Origin: Gemmatimonadota bacterium
GTDB lineage: Bacteria > Gemmatimonadota > Gemmatimonadetes > Gemmatimonadales > GWC2-71-9
Length of the DNA: 64,000 nt
NCBI GenBank assembly: GCA_039586365.1
Contig: JBDHKN010000017.1
Location: 11,623 to 75,622 of the forward strand
Direction of reading: 5' to 3'
Positions within the stretch are counted from its first letter, which is position 1, and every line of letters starts with the position of its first letter. The notes under the pieces are model-generated. The model saw only the letters and a list, made by a program, of their open reading frames with translations. It did not search any database and had not been told where the DNA came from. A program made the translations under genes and the position numbers. Below, in pieces: positions 8,971 through 18,777 of this stretch.

Positions 8971-10140
8971 ATGGGGCCACACTCGGTGAGGCTGCTTGTG
9001 ATGGTAGCCTGCGCCATTCAAGCGAGCGCCTGCGGCGCTTCGGTCACTGATCCTGCGTCGCAACAGCCACCGTTGACTGTCGGCCACGTGGCGCTCACCG
9101 AAGTAGTGCAAGTATCCGGCATGCCGGTGTATTTGACTGCCCCTCCCAGCGACCCCCGCCTCTTCATCGTCGAGCGGGCTGGCCGAATCCGCGTCGTCGA
9201 AGACGGGCAATTGCTTGCAGCGCCGTTTCTCGACATCACTGATTCGGTGAGCGGTGGTGGGGAGCAGGGACTGCTGTCCCTGGCTTTTCACCCCGACTAC
9301 GCAACGACCGGCTACTTGTACGTGTACTATACGGATGTGGCGGGCGACAGCCGTATAGTGCGTTACCAGGTCTCCGCTGATCGCAATGTTGCTGCCCCTG
9401 GTTCTGCCAAGGTCATCCTCACCGTCAGTCAGCCGTACCCCAATCACAACGGTGGGCTTTTGGTCTTCGGACCTGGCGACATGCTCTTCATCGGCTTGGG
9501 AGATGGTGGGAGTGGAGGGGACCCTCAAAACAACGGGCAAGACCCCAGTACTCTTCTCGGTTCACTACTCAGGATCGACGTAGACAGAGGGGATCCGTAT
9601 GCTATTCCTCAGGACAATCCCTTCGTGGGTGGTGCTGATTGGCGCGAGGAGACTTGGGCCTATGGCCTACGCAACCCGTGGCGGTTCTCATTCGATGATA
9701 CCGCGGGCATGCTCTACGTTGCGGATGTAGGTCAGAACAGTCGGGAGGAAGTGAACGCGACTTCGGCTGCAACCGGTGGACTCAACTATGGCTGGCGGAT
9801 CATGGAGGGCAGTAGCTGTTTCAATTCTCAGGACTGCACCAGCAACGGCCTGGTCCTGCCAGTTCTGGAATACGTCAACGGAGTGGATGGGTGCGCCGTA
9901 GTGGGCGGCTATGTATATCGTGGAGTCGAGCTCAGCAGCCTAGGCGGGACATACTTCTACTCTGACAACTGCGCAGGATGGATCCGCAGTTTCAGGTTGG
10001 AGTCTGGGACGGCGACGGAGCAGAAGGAGTGGGATGTGGGTGACATAGGCAATGTACTCTCATTTGGAGTAGATGGTTTTGGAGAGTTGTATGTGCTGTC
10101 GGCGAACCGGAGGGTCTATCGTTTCGATAGCGTCAGGTGA
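8971..10140 (+). CDS. PQQ-dependent sugar (glucose/sorbosone) dehydrogenase, secreted
   Basis: GLLSLAFHPDY, PNHNGGLLVFGPGDMLFIGLGDGGSGGDP and GLRNPWRFSFD. Signal peptide starts at ATG 8971 (MGPHSVRLLVMVACAIQASAC). Confidence 0.85.
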   Translation: MGPHSVRLLVMVACAIQASACGASVTDPASQQPPLTVGHVALTEVVQVSGMPVYLTAPPSDPRLFIVERAGRIRVVEDGQLLAAPFLDITDSVSGGGEQGLLSLAFHPDYATTGYLYVYYTDVAGDSRIVRYQVSADRNVAAPGSAKVILTVSQPYPNHNGGLLVFGPGDMLFIGLGDGGSGGDPQNNGQDPSTLLGSLLRIDVDRGDPYAIPQDNPFVGGADWREETWAYGLRNPWRFSFDDTAGMLYVADVGQNSREEVNATSAATGGLNYGWRIMEGSSCFNSQDCTSNGLVLPVLEYVNGVDGCAVVGGYVYRGVELSSLGGTYFYSDNCAGWIRSFRLESGTATEQKEWDVGDIGNVLSFGVDGFGELYVLSANRRVYRFDSVR

Positions 10141-10334
10141 GCCTGCCTCCACTCGACTCTTGTTGGTCTTCTCAACGCAAATGCTGTATTGTTTCACATT
10201 CAGATCATGAGGTTGGCACGCCGGAGGGAGCGGCCCGGTGTGCCCATGCTGTTGGGTCGGGGAAGCGGTCATCACGGTTGTTCCATTCCTCCGGAAACGT
10301 CTGTCCTTCTTTATTCACGTCTTCAGAGGGCGTT

Positions 10335-10865
10335 ATGCTGAAATGGGTCCTGGCTTTGGTCGGCAGCTTGATTGCTCTTGTGGTACTACCGCTGATCCTC
10401 GGGATGTTCCTGCCGAAACAGCATGTCGCAATCAGTAGTGTAACGCTGCGCCAGCCACCCGACTCCCTGTGGATCGTGATGTTCAATCTCGCAGACTATC
10501 CTGCTTGGTGGCCGGATGTCAGGAGCATGGAGCGCCGACAGGATGATGCGGGAGGCGAGATCTGGGTACAAACCGACACGCAGGGGAGGGAGTTGCCGCT
10601 CGAGATGGTCAAGTCAGACCCCCCAGCCAGGTTGGTCATGCAGATCGCGGATGAGAGGCTGCCGTTCAGGGGCAGCTGGACCTATTTGATCGAGCCGGCT
10701 GCATTTGGGAGCATGGTGACCGTGACTGAGGAGGGCGAGATATTCAATCCGGTCTTTCGCCTAGTAGCCCGAGTCTTTCTAGGCTATCACGGCACGATCG
10801 ACAGATACCTGCAGGCACTTGGCTCGCGGTTTGGCGAGGACGTAACGCCGGCGCACCTCAACTGA
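10335..10865 (+). CDS. SRPBCC-superfamily (polyketide cyclase/dehydrase-like) protein with N-terminal TM helix
   Basis: ATG 10335 gives MLKWVLALVGSLIALVVLPLILG, then about 150 aa with the START/Bet-v1-like pattern (YPAWWPDV...GSWTYLIEP). Family call is moderate. Confidence 0.55.
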   Translation: MLKWVLALVGSLIALVVLPLILGMFLPKQHVAISSVTLRQPPDSLWIVMFNLADYPAWWPDVRSMERRQDDAGGEIWVQTDTQGRELPLEMVKSDPPARLVMQIADERLPFRGSWTYLIEPAAFGSMVTVTEEGEIFNPVFRLVARVFLGYHGTIDRYLQALGSRFGEDVTPAHLN

Positions 10866-10873
10866 GATGTGAT

Positions 10874-12082
10874 ATGACGCGTTCGGGAGGACAAACCGAG
10901 CACATTCGGAACCTTCTGCTGGATAGCAACCTGCACGTCATCTTCAGTGTCACCCTCATGGCCGTGCTAGGAGTGTCGACCATAACGCCGGTACTTCCCA
11001 GTGTTGCCGACGTCTTTCATCGTACGCCTCAATCGGTAGCACTGCTGATTGTCGCATTTACTCTGCCAGGAGCATTCTTCACACCCGTGGTAGGTGTAAT
11101 GGGCGACAGGATCGGTCGGAAAAAGGTGTTGGTGCCATCGTTAGTTGTCTTTGCTTTGGCCGGTGCTGCCTGCGGCTTTGCGCGGGATTTCCCGTTGCTA
11201 ATTGCACTCAGGTTCCTGCAGGGGACCGGTGCTGCGGCACTCGGCGCTATCAATGTGACACTACTCGGTGATCTCTACGACGGCCCCAGGCGGGCCGCCG
11301 CAATGGGGTACAATGCAAGTGTTCTTAGTGTTGGCACCGGGATTTACCCAGCATTGGGTGGTGGCTTGGCGGTTCTTGGGTGGTATTTCCCATTTTTTTT
11401 GCCAATAGTAGCTCTTCCGGTCGCCATGTTGGTCGTGGTGGTGCTGGACAATCCGGAGCCCACGGCCGAAGGCAGCCTACGCGAATACTTTGCAGTTACA
11501 CTGCAAGCCGTGTGGAATCACCAAGTTCTCACTTTGTTTGCTGCGTCCATTGTCACGTTTGTGCTGATCTATGGCTCGTTCCTAGCCTACTTTCCGTTTC
11601 TCTTGCAGCGTTCGTTCGGTGCCTCTGCTGTGTCAATCGGCCTCGTGATGTCGGCAACCTCGGTAGCGACGGCCGTCGCATCGTTCAAGGTAGGGGCACT
11701 GTCACGTCGATATGGATCCCAGGCGCTCGTGAAGACCGGCTTCCTCCTCTACGTGCTGTCAATGGCCGCCATACCGTTGGCGGCGGAGCCCTGGCTGCTC
11801 ACCATGCCTCTCCTCCTTTTCGGTATCGCCAATGGACTCGTCATACCCAGTATTTTGACGATTCTGAATGGACATGCTCCGACGGAATACCGTGCCGCTT
11901 TTATGTCCTTGAACGGCACTCTGTTGCGGTTGGGTCAGACCTTGGGGCCGCTTCTCGTCGGACTGGCGGCGGATCTAGTGGGGATGAGTGGCTCGTTCCT
12001 GATCAGTGCTGGATTGGCTCTGCTGATGTTGCTGGTACTGATACGGGCATTGCCACGAGAGTCTGGGGCGGTAGTAACCTGA
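10874..12082 (+). CDS. MFS transporter
   Basis: 402 aa, about 12 hydrophobic helices, and MFS loop 2-3 motif GVMGDRIGRKKV. Confidence 0.85.
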   Translation: MTRSGGQTEHIRNLLLDSNLHVIFSVTLMAVLGVSTITPVLPSVADVFHRTPQSVALLIVAFTLPGAFFTPVVGVMGDRIGRKKVLVPSLVVFALAGAACGFARDFPLLIALRFLQGTGAAALGAINVTLLGDLYDGPRRAAAMGYNASVLSVGTGIYPALGGGLAVLGWYFPFFLPIVALPVAMLVVVVLDNPEPTAEGSLREYFAVTLQAVWNHQVLTLFAASIVTFVLIYGSFLAYFPFLLQRSFGASAVSIGLVMSATSVATAVASFKVGALSRRYGSQALVKTGFLLYVLSMAAIPLAAEPWLLTMPLLLFGIANGLVIPSILTILNGHAPTEYRAAFMSLNGTLLRLGQTLGPLLVGLAADLVGMSGSFLISAGLALLMLLVLIRALPRESGAVVT

Positions 12083-12125
12083 GCCGATACCCGAGCCTGC
12101 TTTGGGTCCGGTGCTGGCGCTCGCC

Positions 12126-13352
12126 CTAGCCACGTTCCTGGGGCTTCTCAAGTCGGTACACTCGTATGTGGTAGGCACCTTCCTCGTCCCGATAGCTCCC
12201 GATCACGAAGTCTCTCCCTATTTGGTGGACTGCCAAACCTCTTGGCGTCTCTACCGTTCCCAACATTCGGTGGTCTGAATCAAACACCGTCCAAGTGGGT
12301 GTTCCATCTCCAAATGGGAGATATTCGGCTACCCAGAGGTTGTCGTCAGAGTCGATCAACATGGCACCGTACGCGGGCATCGTATCAGGGTACGGTAGTG
12401 CCGCGAGTTGTCGCTCCCTTTGAGCCCGCTCTCTCTCGTGTACCCCGGTCAGTCTGCCCCGGACATAACGCTCGATGATCTCTGCTGTCACAGGACGTGG
12501 CTCTCGCACAACGCGTGCGATGTCCGTGAGCCTTCCGTGCATGTCGTAGCTCTCGATTTGGTACGTGTCCTGGGTCCCGACGTACACTCTGTCGTCACTC
12601 ACTGCAAACACAGTCGCACGGCCAAACGGTCGGCTGGTTACTCGCACTATCCGTGAGCTACCCTTCGTAAAGATGCGTTCCGCTCCTCTGAAGGTACCAA
12701 CTTCATTCAAGTACTCCCCAGTCGCTGAGTAGCGGGAAACCCTGGCAGGTCCGCGGACAAGACCCTCCGGAGTACTCGCCTGCTGTGTCATCGAACGTGC
12801 CCAGTGTCGCGCATCTCGGATCGCCGCCAGCGAGCTGTCTGCGAAAACCCCCCTGACCGATCCGGGCTCCGCCTGGAAAGTGACTATCAAGGATATCGAT
12901 TGTTCGAAGTTGCCGGCTGGGTCAAACAGCGATAGCCGCAGCCTGCCGAAATCGAACGCCACAACATCTCCGGAGCTGGTAGTCCCGAGCCACTCCAGCG
13001 CGGCGAAATGTATCGATCCTTCGCCTCGGCTTCCTCCGCTCAGGAGATATCTACCAGTGGGATCGACCCAACGGAGTTCCTGCGTCCCCGCGTTGGCAAC
13101 GACGATCGTGCCATCCTCCAGCCTAAGGGAGCCCACAGGGCGAGAAATCCTGTGTAGCGAGTCCGCGTCAGCCCCACCAATATCGACCACGGAGGTGTCG
13201 GCCAGTCGCCAGGAATCGGCTCTACCCCATTGGGGCTCGAAGTTCTCGATGATTGTAACGCCGGCGCTATCGCGGACCACGGGCGGAGTTGGGGCACCAC
13301 CGCCACAGGCGGCAAGCAGCACGAGGCCCAGGAGTAGTATGCATCTCTTCAT
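12126..13352 (-). CDS. lipoprotein, probable 6-bladed beta-propeller family (paralog 1)
   Basis: Lipobox LVLLAAC-GGG. Collinear with the neighbouring gene along its whole length. Strand-rich repeats with recurring hydrophobic-x-G/D turns. The fold call is an inference. Confidence 0.6.
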   Translation of the reverse strand: MKRCILLLGLVLLAACGGGAPTPPVVRDSAGVTIIENFEPQWGRADSWRLADTSVVDIGGADADSLHRISRPVGSLRLEDGTIVVANAGTQELRWVDPTGRYLLSGGSRGEGSIHFAALEWLGTTSSGDVVAFDFGRLRLSLFDPAGNFEQSISLIVTFQAEPGSVRGVFADSSLAAIRDARHWARSMTQQASTPEGLVRGPARVSRYSATGEYLNEVGTFRGAERIFTKGSSRIVRVTSRPFGRATVFAVSDDRVYVGTQDTYQIESYDMHGRLTDIARVVREPRPVTAEIIERYVRGRLTGVHERERAQRERQLAALPYPDTMPAYGAMLIDSDDNLWVAEYLPFGDGTPTWTVFDSDHRMLGTVETPRGLAVHQIGRDFVIGSYRDEEGAYHIRVYRLEKPQERG

Positions 13353-13355
13353 GGC

Positions 13356-14522
13356 TCAAGTCTTCTCGAGTTCGTAGAGGTGGATGTGCTCGACGTCAAA
13401 ATCGTCAGTCCACCGTCCGAGTACGAAGTCCGACCCTATTTGGTGGATGGTGAAGTTGACGGGTGTTGCAACGGTACCCAGCATCCGGTGTTGCGAGTCA
13501 AAGACGGTCCAGCGTGGCCTCTGGTCCCCGGGAGCGCAGGACTCCTCCACCCAGAGATTGCCGTCTGTGTCGACACGGATTCTCCCGTAGGCCGGCATTG
13601 ACTCAGGGTAAGGCAAGTAACTCAGCCGGGCTCTCGAGCGTCTTCTCTCGACGTCATCGGTTGCTTCTGTGAGCGATTGCTCGATAAATGCCTCGATGTG
13701 TGCAGGGGTGACAGTGAGGTTGTCCTGCTGTCGACGAACACTGCCGATGAGTCCACCATCGGGATTGTGAACCGTAATCGCATAACGGTCTTGCGTTCCG
13801 ACATAGAACGCGCTGTCTGTCACCGCATAGACCGTGCTGTCTACGCTGGAGCCGGTTCCGGTCCGCTGGATTTCTAGGATCCGTTCGGTTCCTGGGAACA
13901 AACCCAACGAGTCCAGAAACTCACCGGTATTCGCGTACCGGTATAGACCATCAGACCGTCGTCTCAATCCCTCAGAGAGGTCATCTGCACCCATCGCTCT
14001 GCTAGTCAGCAACAGAGATCCGTCGGCGAACATGCCGAGCACCAAACCACGCTGGCCCAGCGTTTGCGCGCGTCCGAACTCACCTTCTGTGTCGAAAACA
14101 GAAACTCGAGAGTGCCGCTGATCATAGGCGATTATCGAGTCCTCTCCCAATTGAGCCACCCAACCCAGGCCCTCAAATTCACCCGGCCCCCCACCACGAC
14201 CGCCTGCCGTCCTCACGTATGTCCCCTGGGGATCAAACCAGCGGAGTTCTTGCGTGCCCGCGTTGGCCACTACGATGGTGCCATCGGGCAACCGAAGGGA
14301 ACTGTTGGCACGAAACAACTGATAGTGTGTGTCGCCCTCGACTACACCTATTTCCACAGCCGGATTGGCCGATAACCGCCATGCGTCACGGGTGTTCCAT
14401 GCAGCATGTTGGCTTTCCACAATGGTTATGCCGCCACTGTCGCGAACAACAGTGTAGCGATCACCGTTGTCTGCAGCCGTGCACGCAGTGACGGCTAGCG
14501 TAATGATCGATGCCCATCTCAT
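13356..14522 (-). CDS. lipoprotein, probable 6-bladed beta-propeller family (paralog 2)
   Basis: Lipobox-like LAVTAC-TAA. Shares the identical block DGTIVVANAGTQELRW and the C-terminal pattern WTVFDS.HRMLGTV.TP....IHQIG.DFV.G with 12126-13352. Confidence 0.6.
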   Translation of the reverse strand: MRWASIITLAVTACTAADNGDRYTVVRDSGGITIVESQHAAWNTRDAWRLSANPAVEIGVVEGDTHYQLFRANSSLRLPDGTIVVANAGTQELRWFDPQGTYVRTAGGRGGGPGEFEGLGWVAQLGEDSIIAYDQRHSRVSVFDTEGEFGRAQTLGQRGLVLGMFADGSLLLTSRAMGADDLSEGLRRRSDGLYRYANTGEFLDSLGLFPGTERILEIQRTGTGSSVDSTVYAVTDSAFYVGTQDRYAITVHNPDGGLIGSVRRQQDNLTVTPAHIEAFIEQSLTEATDDVERRRSRARLSYLPYPESMPAYGRIRVDTDGNLWVEESCAPGDQRPRWTVFDSQHRMLGTVATPVNFTIHQIGSDFVLGRWTDDFDVEHIHLYELEKT

Positions 14523-14641
14523 ACTCGCACCCCGTTGTTGGAAGCTACTCTTCGATCAGGTGACCGACTAGCTGTGGCCGCCCTGACTGGCACAATCGTC
14601 CGATGCTAAATTCAATGGCCATTTCCAAGTGCGACATGATC

Positions 14642-16660
14642 ATGAACCAAAAGCAGGCTGAACGGCGGGTCCGAGAGCTACGGTCTCTCATTCGGCACCA
14701 TGACTATCTCTACCATGTTGCGGACCAGCCGGAGATTGCAGACTCTGCGTATGACGCGCTGTTCGCGGAACTGCGTGAACTCGAGGCTCGATACCCGGAG
14801 CTGGTGAGCCCGGATTCCCCCACGCAGCGAGTCGGAGGCTTGGCGCTTGACGAGTTCCCCAAGGTGGAGCATACCGCGCCCATGTTGAGCCTCGATTCGG
14901 CTCAAGCGGAAAGCGCATTGCGACGTTTTGACGAGAGGGTCCGCAAGGGCCTCGGCCGGACCGATGTCGAATACGTAGTAGAACCGAAACTGGACGGGGC
15001 CTCGGTGGAGCTGGTGTACCAGGGAGGATTGCTGGTGCGGGCCTCTACCAGAGGCGACGGTGTGGTTGGAGAGGGGATCACTGAGAACGTACGGACAATC
15101 GCTGCCGTCCCACTGCGGCTACGCGAGGGCAACGTCACTCCTCCGACCCTCCTGGCGCTCCGCGGTGAAGTGATTATGCGGGTAGACGCATTTGAGCAAC
15201 TGAACGAGAAGTTGCTGTCCGAGGGAAAGAGCCCGTTTGCAAATCCAAGGAATGCGGCTGCCGGAGCCCTGCGGCAGCTAGATGCGCGGGTTACCGCATC
15301 ACGGCCGCTGGACATCTACCTGTATGACGTGCTTGCCTCTGAAGACACACGATTCGACACGCAATGGGGTGTTTTCAAGGCGCTTAGGGCTTGGGGACTG
15401 CAGGTCAACGATCTGCCGAGACTCGTCCGATCGGTGGATGAGATCGTCGAATACCACAGAGCACTACACGAACGTCGTGACGACCTGGATTATGAAATAG
15501 ACGGGGTGGTGGTGAAACTCAATGATCTCGCGGCACGAGATGGCCTGGGTACTACCTCTCACCACCCCCGTTGGGCCTTTGCCTTCAAGTTCCCACCCCG
15601 CAAAGAGGTAACGCGGGTGGTCAAGATCGTATCGAGTGTTGGTAGGACGGGCGTCATAACCCCTGGTGCGATGCTTCGTCCCGTAGAAATCGGCGGAGTG
15701 ACGGTTAGTCGTGCCAACCTCCACAACCGAGAGGAAGTGGCCCGCAAAGACATCCGGGAGGGCGATCTGGTCCGAGTTCAACGAGCGGGCGACGTGATTC
15801 CTCAGGTGGTGGAACGAGTGGACGAACCCGGTCGCAAGAGAGCAGTGGCGTACAGGATGCCGGCCGAATGCCCTTCCTGCAGCACGCCAGTCGCAGAGCG
15901 AGGCCCCTTCACGGTATGCCCCAACAGCTTCGAGTGCCCTGCCCAACTGGCGGCCCGGCTGGAGCACTTCGCATCTCGGATGGCACTCGACATAGCGGGA
16001 CTCGGTGAGGAAACCGCTAGGCTTTTCGTGAATCAAGGGCTAGTTAAGCGATTGCCTGACCTCTTCCATTTGAGGCCGCATGACTTGACCAAACTCGAAG
16101 GGTTCGCCGACAAATCTGCCAACAACCTGATTGATGCAATAGCGCGTGCGTCCCCCGTGCCGTTTCACCGCTTCCTGTACGGTCTCGGCGTGCCAGAAGT
16201 AGGCACCACGGTCGCCAAAGATCTGGCAAGGCATTTTGGTTCGCTTCGCAAGCTCTGGGAGGCGTCAGTGGAGGAGCTTGAAATGGTGGACGGAGTCGGG
16301 ACCAAGATGGCTGAGCAGATCAGGGCCTTCTTTGCGGATGAACGGAACGCAGCCATCCTAGACGACCTGCTGGATGGCAAGGTGCAGATCGAGGAGACGA
16401 CACCTGCTGCCGCTGGACCTCTCGCTGGTCTCAGCATCGTTTTCACCGGTGGTCTGAGTCGCCTCTCACGGCGTGAGGCGGAACAACTGATCGAGTCACT
16501 CGGGGCAAGGGCGTCTTCCTCTGTGAGTAAGGATACTGACATCGTCGTGGCCGGGGTCGATCCGGGTAGCAAGTATGACAAAGCGGCTAAGCTAGGTGTC
16601 AGGATTCTGGACGAAGACGGTTTCATCCAGTTCCTGGTGTCTAGGGGCGTCGAGGTCTGA
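14642..16660 (+). CDS. ligA: NAD-dependent DNA ligase
   Basis: Adenylation site VEPKLDGAS, Zn finger CPSCSTPV...CPNSFECPAQ, HhH repeats, and C-terminal BRCT (IVFTGGLSRLSRREAEQLIESLGA). ATG 14642 gives the usual N-terminus. Confidence 0.95.
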   Translation: MNQKQAERRVRELRSLIRHHDYLYHVADQPEIADSAYDALFAELRELEARYPELVSPDSPTQRVGGLALDEFPKVEHTAPMLSLDSAQAESALRRFDERVRKGLGRTDVEYVVEPKLDGASVELVYQGGLLVRASTRGDGVVGEGITENVRTIAAVPLRLREGNVTPPTLLALRGEVIMRVDAFEQLNEKLLSEGKSPFANPRNAAAGALRQLDARVTASRPLDIYLYDVLASEDTRFDTQWGVFKALRAWGLQVNDLPRLVRSVDEIVEYHRALHERRDDLDYEIDGVVVKLNDLAARDGLGTTSHHPRWAFAFKFPPRKEVTRVVKIVSSVGRTGVITPGAMLRPVEIGGVTVSRANLHNREEVARKDIREGDLVRVQRAGDVIPQVVERVDEPGRKRAVAYRMPAECPSCSTPVAERGPFTVCPNSFECPAQLAARLEHFASRMALDIAGLGEETARLFVNQGLVKRLPDLFHLRPHDLTKLEGFADKSANNLIDAIARASPVPFHRFLYGLGVPEVGTTVAKDLARHFGSLRKLWEASVEELEMVDGVGTKMAEQIRAFFADERNAAILDDLLDGKVQIEETTPAAAGPLAGLSIVFTGGLSRLSRREAEQLIESLGARASSSVSKDTDIVVAGVDPGSKYDKAAKLGVRILDEDGFIQFLVSRGVEV

Positions 16661-18415
16661 ATGGAGAACATCGAGATAGCAGGTGTCCTGACGGACGTTG
16701 CGGACCTGCTCGAAATACAGGGAGCAAACCCGTTCCGAGTTCGTGCCTACCGCAACGCCGCCCAAACCGTTGAGGAGCACGGTACCCCACTCCGCAAGCT
16801 CGTTGACGAAGGGGTAGATCTCACCGAGTTGCCCGGTATCGGCAAAGACATAGCGCAGCATATTGGGGAGTTGGTGAAGGTGGGGAAACTCACGCTGCTA
16901 TCCCACCTGGCCGAGGAAATCCCAGTGTCTCTCATCGAGCTGACGCGGTTACCGGGGCTTGGTGCGAGACGGACAAGAAAGCTGTGGGAGGAGTTGGGTA
17001 TCGAAACCCTAACCGAATTGGAGGATGCCGCAAGGGCATGTCGAGTCGAGGGGCTCGCTGGTTTCGGTAAGAAGACGCAATCCAAGATCCTAGTTGCGAT
17101 CGAGCGGTACCGCCACCGTCAGGGCCGCATGAAGCTGGGCGACGCCGATCAACATGTGCACCCTTTGGTTGAGTACATGCGCGGCAATGAAGCTGTCAGG
17201 GAGATCGAGGTGGCAGGCAGCTATCGCCGGCGGAAGGAGACGGTCAGAGACATCGACCTTTTGGTCGTCGCGGTAGAGCCCGGCGCGGTAACGGAACACT
17301 TCGTGGCATATCCGGATGTCAGGAAGGTGCAGAGTTCCGGCGACACCCGCAGCAGCGTGGTACTCAGTTCCGGCCTGCAGGTCGACCTCAGGGTTGTCCG
17401 CCCAGAGAGCTATGGGGCCGCATTGGTCTATTTCACGGGATCCAAGGAACACAACGTGAAGCTCCGCACGCGGGCGGTTCGGCAGGGCTTGAGGGTGTCA
17501 GAGTACGGTGTCTTTCGTGGCGGAGACGAAGCTGCTGACAGTGGTGATCCGTGGGCGGGAGAGTTCGTAGCCGGTGGAGAGGAAGCAGAGGTCTACAGTG
17601 TTGTGGAGTTGGACTGGATACCGCCTGAGCTGAGAGAGAATCGCGGTGAGATAGAGGCTGCGGAGCGGCACGCACTACCCCAGCTACTGGTTCTGGGCGA
17701 CATCAGGGGTGATCTGCAGATGCACTCCACCTGGTCCGACGGGAAAGAGTCCATTGAGACCATGCTCGAAGCCTGTGCGGCCCGTGGCTATGAGTACTTC
17801 GCCATCACCGACCACAGCAAGGCCCTGGCCATGACAGGAGGTCTTGATGCAGCGAAGCTACGTGAGCAGTGGGTCGAGATCGTTGAGGTGACAGATAGGC
17901 ACAGTGAGATCCGTCTGCTGCGGGGCATGGAGGTCGACATCCTTGTTGATGGCCGGCTTGACCTCGAGGACGAGATGCTAGCCGAACTGGATATCGTTCT
18001 GGCGTCGATCCACTCACGCTTCGACTTGGAACCAGCGGAGCAGACGGAGCGCATTTTGAGGGCGGTTCAACACCCCCAAGTGAACATTCTCGCGCATCCT
18101 ACCGGGCGTCAGATCAATAGACGTGATCCGATGCAGTTTGATCTCGACGCTGTCCTGCAATGTGCCACGGAGAACAGTGTGGCCATCGAGATCAACGCCC
18201 ATCCTGACCGCCTGGATTTGAACGACGTGCATGTCATACAGGCACGGGAGCACGGCTGTAGCTTCGTTATCAGTACAGACGCTCACAGAGTGTCAGATCT
18301 CGACCTGATGCGATACGGTGTTGAACAGGCGAGGAGGGGGTGGTTAGAAAAAAGACACGTGTTGAATGCTCTCTCCTACGAAAGGCTGGTGAAACTGTTG
18401 GACAAGAGACGGTAG
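16661..18415 (+). CDS. polX: family X DNA polymerase with C-terminal PHP phosphoesterase domain
   Basis: HhH LPGIGKDIAQHI, GSYRRRKETVRDIDLLV and VDLRVV (catalytic Asp triad present). PHP motifs HSTWSDG, ITDHS, ASIHS, LAHPTGR, ISTDAH. The ATG abuts the ligA stop. Confidence 0.92.
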   Translation: MENIEIAGVLTDVADLLEIQGANPFRVRAYRNAAQTVEEHGTPLRKLVDEGVDLTELPGIGKDIAQHIGELVKVGKLTLLSHLAEEIPVSLIELTRLPGLGARRTRKLWEELGIETLTELEDAARACRVEGLAGFGKKTQSKILVAIERYRHRQGRMKLGDADQHVHPLVEYMRGNEAVREIEVAGSYRRRKETVRDIDLLVVAVEPGAVTEHFVAYPDVRKVQSSGDTRSSVVLSSGLQVDLRVVRPESYGAALVYFTGSKEHNVKLRTRAVRQGLRVSEYGVFRGGDEAADSGDPWAGEFVAGGEEAEVYSVVELDWIPPELRENRGEIEAAERHALPQLLVLGDIRGDLQMHSTWSDGKESIETMLEACAARGYEYFAITDHSKALAMTGGLDAAKLREQWVEIVEVTDRHSEIRLLRGMEVDILVDGRLDLEDEMLAELDIVLASIHSRFDLEPAEQTERILRAVQHPQVNILAHPTGRQINRRDPMQFDLDAVLQCATENSVAIEINAHPDRLDLNDVHVIQAREHGCSFVISTDAHRVSDLDLMRYGVEQARRGWLEKRHVLNALSYERLVKLLDKRR

Positions 18416-18524
18416 GAGCGGAAGGTCTAGCGGTTGAGCGACTGCGATCTCAGTTTGGATCCGCCCTCCGTGTACTGTGCTCGTCACGGCGTGCGCAACG
18501 GATCTCATCGAAGGGAGCAATGGA

Positions 18525-18710
18525 ATGGGTGATATCACCGTGATCAAAGATGGTCCCTACCACATCACCGGTGTATCGGACCTCAAGGACTCAGACGGCA
18601 ACGCTTTTGAGGCGGGTGACGAAGTCTGGTTGTGCCGCTGTGGTCGATCGGGCAGGAAACCGTTTTGCGATGGCACCCACAAGAAGGTTGGCTTTAAGGA
18701 TGAGCCGTAG
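18525..18710 (+). CDS. CDGSH iron-sulfur domain protein
   Basis: CRCGRSGRKPFCDGTH matches C-x-C-x2-S-x5-P-x-C-D-G-[ST]-H. ATG 18525 gives a 61-aa product. Confidence 0.8.
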   Translation: MGDITVIKDGPYHITGVSDLKDSDGNAFEAGDEVWLCRCGRSGRKPFCDGTHKKVGFKDEP

Positions 18711-18777
18711 GTACTTTCTCTCAACCTTTGGTACTGATCAGTATTCTCTGTGTCACTGACATGAAGACGAGGTAACC

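Noticed and set aside
11380-12129. A 249-aa alternative-frame ORF inside the MFS transporter gene, beginning near a T8 run (11393-11400), as a possible frameshift product.
   Set aside because: The MFS frame reads through the T8 run with sensible hydrophobic helices (YFPFFLPIV). The alternative frame is Arg/Gly/Ser-rich with no motif.
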